In this document: one piece after another, positions 60,850 through 64,000 of the stretch | How positions within the stretch are numbered: position 1 is the first letter of the stretch | Layout of the letters: each line of letters begins with the position of its first letter | Sequence record: NC_031103.1 | DNA from: Escherichia phage vB_EcoM-UFV13 | DNA: 64,000 nucleotides | Reading direction: 5' to 3' (one strand) | Program-made: the position numbers and the translations under genes | The notes under the pieces: model-generated | The model's input: only the letters and a program-made list of their open reading frames with translations | Database searches by the model: none | What the model was told of the DNA's origin: nothing

Positions 60850-60880
60850 TTTTGAATAAATATCCTTAAAAGGAGGGTCT

Positions 60881-61537
60881 ATGGCAGCACCTAGAATATC
60901 ATTTTCGCCCTCTGATATTCTGTTGGGTGTTCTAGATCGCTTGTTCAAAGATAACGCTACCGGGAAAGTTCTTGCTTCCCGGGTAGCTGTCGTAATTCTT
61001 TTGTTTATAATGGCGATTGTTTGGTATAGGGGAGATAGTTTCTTTGAGTACTATAAGCAATCAAAGTATGAAACATACAGTGAAATTATTGAAAAGGAAA
61101 GAAATGCACGCTTTGAATCTGTCGCCCTGGAACAACTCCAGATAGTTCATATATCATCTGAGGCAGACTTTAGTGCGGTGTATTCTTTCCGCCCTAAAAA
61201 CTTAAACTATTTTGTTGATATTATAGCATATGAAGGAAAATTACCTTCAACAATAAGTGAAAAATCACTTGGAGGATATCCTGTTGATAAAACTATGGAT
61301 GAATATACAGTTCATTTAAATGGACGTCATTATTATTCCAACTCAAAATTTGCTTTTTTACCAACTAAAAAGCCTACTCCCGAAATAAACTACATGTACA
61401 GTTGTCCATATTTTAATTTGGATAATATCTATGCTGGAACGATAACCATGTACTGGTATAGAAATGATCATATAAGTAATGACCGCCTTGAATCAATATG
61501 TGCTCAGGCGGCCAGAATATTAGGAAGGGCTAAATAA
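60881..61537 (+). CDS. t: Holin T
   Basis: 218 aa as in T4 holin; single N-terminal TM (VVILLFIMAIVWY) and large periplasmic domain. Confidence 0.93.
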   Translation: MAAPRISFSPSDILLGVLDRLFKDNATGKVLASRVAVVILLFIMAIVWYRGDSFFEYYKQSKYETYSEIIEKERNARFESVALEQLQIVHISSEADFSAVYSFRPKNLNYFVDIIAYEGKLPSTISEKSLGGYPVDKTMDEYTVHLNGRHYYSNSKFAFLPTKKPTPEINYMYSCPYFNLDNIYAGTITMYWYRNDHISNDRLESICAQAARILGRAK

Positions 61538-61810
61538 TTATTTGTTCGTATACATCTCTAGATATCGATATACACCCTCAAAACCCTCGTTGAATTCGTC
61601 GATGAGGGTTTTCTTATCTTCCTGGGTTAATTCAGAAACAATTTTACGGAATGAATTCTGATTTAATTTTCTACCTTCATGCGTTACTCCAATCTCATTC
61701 AGAAATGCAATAAAATTAGCACGATTCTCAACAATATCTTCTCTGGAAAATTTAATCAAAATAGACGCAACAGTAATAATTTCACGAATTGTATCAATGT
61801 TTTTATTCAT
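61538..61810 (-). CDS. asiA: AsiA anti-sigma70 factor
   Basis: 90 aa; MNKNIDTIREIITVASILIKFSREDIVENRANFIAFLNEIGVTHEGRKL recalled as T4 AsiA. Confidence 0.95.
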   Translation of the reverse strand: MNKNIDTIREIITVASILIKFSREDIVENRANFIAFLNEIGVTHEGRKLNQNSFRKIVSELTQEDKKTLIDEFNEGFEGVYRYLEMYTNK

Positions 61811-61822
61811 TAACTATACCAC

Positions 61823-61975
61823 TCAATTAGTTGACTTTATTATAATATCATCAGACGCTTGATTTGTAAACTGGTCTGTGTTATTTTCTTCAAAAATTTT
61901 TTCTACGAATTCCTTGAACGACTTACGTTCCTGAGCTACATTATGCTCGATTACTTTTTCAAGATTATGACTCAT
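61823..61975 (-). CDS. Small 50-aa ORF between arn and asiA, absent from the ORF track
   Basis: ATG overlaps the arn stop (ATGA); translation MSHNLEKVIEHNVAQERKSFKEFVEKIFEENNTDQFTNQASDDIIIKSTN; the asiA promoter lies within its 3' end. Confidence 0.35.
   Translation of the reverse strand: MSHNLEKVIEHNVAQERKSFKEFVEKIFEENNTDQFTNQASDDIIIKSTN
61842..61871 (-). promoter_or_regulatory. Early-type promoter for asiA (GTTTACA - 17 nt - TGATATTAT)
   Basis: GTAAAC revcomp at 61865-61871 (+), -10 at 61842-61847, about 30 nt upstream of the asiA ATG. Confidence 0.55.
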
Positions 61976-62250
61976 TCGAAATAATCTTCAATTTCATAAT
62001 CATGGACATAAATCATTATAGTTTTTAATACATCATCAATACTTTTTCCTGGAGCTGGAATTACGTAAAAATATCCTGCTTTTGAGAGGTCTTTATAAGT
62101 TCCAATCAAGAAATCATTATTCTCAAGATGTAGTTCTTCAACTAATTCATTAACAATTGAATGGTATAAATTTGGTAGAAACTTATATAGCTTTTCTAGA
62201 ATATCAATTTTGATTGTGTATTGAACCACGGACTGAGAATCAATAATCAT
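61972..62250 (-). CDS. arn: Arn anti-restriction nuclease (DNA-mimic inhibitor of McrBC)
   Basis: 92 aa as in T4 Arn; highly acidic; position after asiA. Confidence 0.8.
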   Translation of the reverse strand: MIIDSQSVVQYTIKIDILEKLYKFLPNLYHSIVNELVEELHLENNDFLIGTYKDLSKAGYFYVIPAPGKSIDDVLKTIMIYVHDYEIEDYFE

Positions 62251-62333
62251 AGACCTTCCCCTTATGTTTCTGTTTGCGATTAGATTCTTTAAACGCTTTC
62301 TTCTTATCTTTATGGACAGAAGCTTTATTAAAA

Positions 62334-62552
62334 TTATGTTTTGCGACTAAATTGTTCATAGTGCTGAATTACCTCTCTCAAACATTTGCATGTGAATGAA
62401 AACTTTTTAGCTACACCACATTCAAATATATGTTCTCTTAAATCGCGTGTATCGGTATATCCCATCTCAACAATAAAATGCCGTATTAGATTTTTATCTT
62501 TATCATTGAGAGAATTAAAATAGTCAGATTTTGAATTAATTTCCCTGGCCAA
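62334..62552 (-). CDS. Hypothetical protein, 72 aa (arn.x position), Cys-containing
   Basis: ORF in series; CGVAKKFSFTCKC motif. Confidence 0.45.
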   Translation of the reverse strand: MAREINSKSDYFNSLNDKDKNLIRHFIVEMGYTDTRDLREHIFECGVAKKFSFTCKCLREVIQHYEQFSRKT

Positions 62553-62832
62553 ATTGAATCACCTTCAGTTGACGTTTTAACTCTTTTATCATTTCTTCGT
62601 TCATCGCAATATAAAGATCACGTAAAGCAGGTTTTAGCATTCCATTTACTGGAGAACTAAATGGACATACATAATCTTTTCCTACGAGCTTTTTAGTGAA
62701 TTCAATATTACAGAACTGAAATGCCGGCTCATTGGTATAAATTCCCCAATTAGTTGACATCATTTTATTAGCATATTCCAGTGCCTGGATTTGATTCATA
62801 ATTCCATCAATTTGAAACTTTTTAATATTCAT
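62536..62832 (-). CDS. Hypothetical protein, 98 aa
   Basis: ORF in series. Confidence 0.45.
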   Translation of the reverse strand: MNIKKFQIDGIMNQIQALEYANKMMSTNWGIYTNEPAFQFCNIEFTKKLVGKDYVCPFSSPVNGMLKPALRDLYIAMNEEMIKELKRQLKVIQFGQGN

Positions 62833-63293
62833 TAGTAAAGGTCCTCAGAGTAAAGTTCTTTTTCACTACCACCGCGTTCAATACGCACCTGCCCAGCGTA
62901 AGTTGCAATAATCATTGCTTCTTCACGTGTCCAATAATTACTATATTGGTCAATAAACCCTTGGTCATCATCACAAACTTGTTGAGTAACTAATTGAGGT
63001 TTAACTACATCTAAAACTTCTGCCATATCTTTAGAATAATGACGAGCACCTGGAATAATAAGAGTTCGTCCATCTTTTAATTTAAAACGGTTGGCTGCGC
63101 AGACAATTCGTCGTTGATACTTTTGGTTTTCATCCCAATACGCAGTCTGCCAACAGATTTCAGGAACTTCTTTCAGAATATCTTCTTCTGCGCATTTATA
63201 ACCATGCGCTTTAAATTTTTCAACAAGACTTTCTGGAGTTTCACGAGATAAAGGAACATTTAACATTTTTAAACGATTAATAAATGGGTTCAT
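62832..63293 (-). CDS. Hypothetical protein, 153 aa
   Basis: ORF in series, ATGA-type overlap with the upstream ORF. Confidence 0.5.
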   Translation of the reverse strand: MNPFINRLKMLNVPLSRETPESLVEKFKAHGYKCAEEDILKEVPEICWQTAYWDENQKYQRRIVCAANRFKLKDGRTLIIPGARHYSKDMAEVLDVVKPQLVTQQVCDDDQGFIDQYSNYWTREEAMIIATYAGQVRIERGGSEKELYSEDLY

Positions 63294-63619
63294 TTAAACC
63301 ATCCTTTAATACGTTGCCACAAAGTTTTCTGCTGAGCTTTGTTAACACCAATTGAACGAATAACTGGTTGAGATTCCTGGAATTCTTTATAATCAGCAAG
63401 GTAAATTTCGTAAGCTGCATCCGTAAATGAACTTATCGCTGCCATAAAATTATTGCGAATACCTACTGGAGCATCTTTACTTTCACGAATAATCATGTAT
63501 TTACCAGTCTTAATCTTTACGATAGTTCCAAGATAAGCTCCATGATACCAGATGTCCCAACCCTCTTGAGTGGGTTCTGCGCAACGACGAAGTTCATTGA
63601 TAATTTCTAACTTGTTCAT
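63290..63619 (-). CDS. Hypothetical protein, 109 aa
   Basis: ORF in series. Confidence 0.5.
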   Translation of the reverse strand: MNKLEIINELRRCAEPTQEGWDIWYHGAYLGTIVKIKTGKYMIIRESKDAPVGIRNNFMAAISSFTDAAYEIYLADYKEFQESQPVIRSIGVNKAQQKTLWQRIKGWFK

Positions 63620-63629
63620 TATTTATTCC

Positions 63630-64000
63630 TCACAGTTCAGATGCTACAGTGATTACAGCTTCAATGTTTTCTACCGAACGTTTAATGTCAAGATACACAT
63701 TACCGTTTTTAGCGATTTTACATGACATTCCGATGTCAGTAAATTTCTGAATATGATGTTCCATCATTTTGTATCCAAAAATTCGCATGTTTCCATTGTT
63801 GTTAATTTCAAAATTGCGAATTCCGTGAGTGCGTTTTTCTAAAATAGCGAGATAGTTACTGCGATAAGTTTCGACCTTTTTAAGAACAAATCCATTTTCA
63901 TCTAAAAGTTTTAACATGAGGTCTTTATCTTCTTCCATATCAGAAGTAATCTCACGAGCTTTACGAGTTGCTCGTTTTTTCAGCAGTTCAGGAGCATTTT
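63630..64000 (-). CDS. motA: MotA middle-transcription activator, C-terminal part (N-terminus lies beyond the window end)
   Basis: Frame stays open upstream of the track Met to the window edge (...NAPELLKKRATRKAREITSDMEEDKDLMLKLL...), matching the linker and DNA-binding domain of T4 MotA as recalled. Confidence 0.75.
   Translation of the reverse strand, partial: NAPELLKKRATRKAREITSDMEEDKDLMLKLLDENGFVLKKVETYRSNYLAILEKRTHGIRNFEINNNGNMRIFGYKMMEHHIQKFTDIGMSCKIAKNGNVYLDIKRSVENIEAVITVASEL

Noticed and set aside
60855-60862. AATAAATA upstream of holin t as a late promoter
   Set aside because: One mismatch from the TATAAATA core; not called without experimental support
60481-60948. Several ORFs on both strands inside gene 38
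   Set aside because: Products of the GC-rich glycine-codon repeats of gp38 in other frames

Overview
This window is a contiguous segment of a T-even (T4-like) Escherichia myovirus genome, running from the 3' end of the gene upstream of gene 18 to the C-terminal part of motA. I identified genes by recalled similarity to T4 proteins and by T4 gene order; no database search was run. Layout: (i) 1-22.9 kb, late morphogenesis genes on the + strand (tail sheath 18, tube 19, portal 20, head core 67/68/21/22, major capsid 23, vertex 24, baseplate 51/27/28/29/48/54), interrupted by a minus-strand block (rnlB, hoc, inh, uvsY, 25, 26) and uvsW on +; (ii) 23-50.3 kb, a long minus-strand early/middle block (two tandem Alt ADP-ribosyltransferases, DNA ligase 30, rIII, 31, cd, pseT, spanins, alc, rnlA, denA, nrdB, nrdA, td, frd, 32, 59, 33, dsbA, rnh) with many small accessory ORFs; (iii) 50.4-61.5 kb, long tail fibre genes 34-38 and holin t on +; (iv) asiA, arn and small ORFs up to motA on the minus strand. 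The tail-fibre tip is T2/T6-type rather than T4-type (gp37 with a C-terminal self-cleaving chaperone domain, gp38 a glycine-rich adhesin). td and nrdB are uninterrupted and no seg/homing-endonuclease ORFs are present. I found no single obvious new multi-gene system. The most notable leads are an extra 115-aa ORF between frd and td (which overlap directly in T4), the tandem Alt paralogues, a NADAR-like/HAD-like pair beside ligase, and a recurring promoter architecture in which early-promoter -10 elements sit inside hairpins whose stems co-vary. The ORF track uses TTG/GTG as well as ATG starts; I trimmed several starts to the internal ATG with a Shine-Dalgarno. Hand-located motif coordinates may be off by 1-2 nt.
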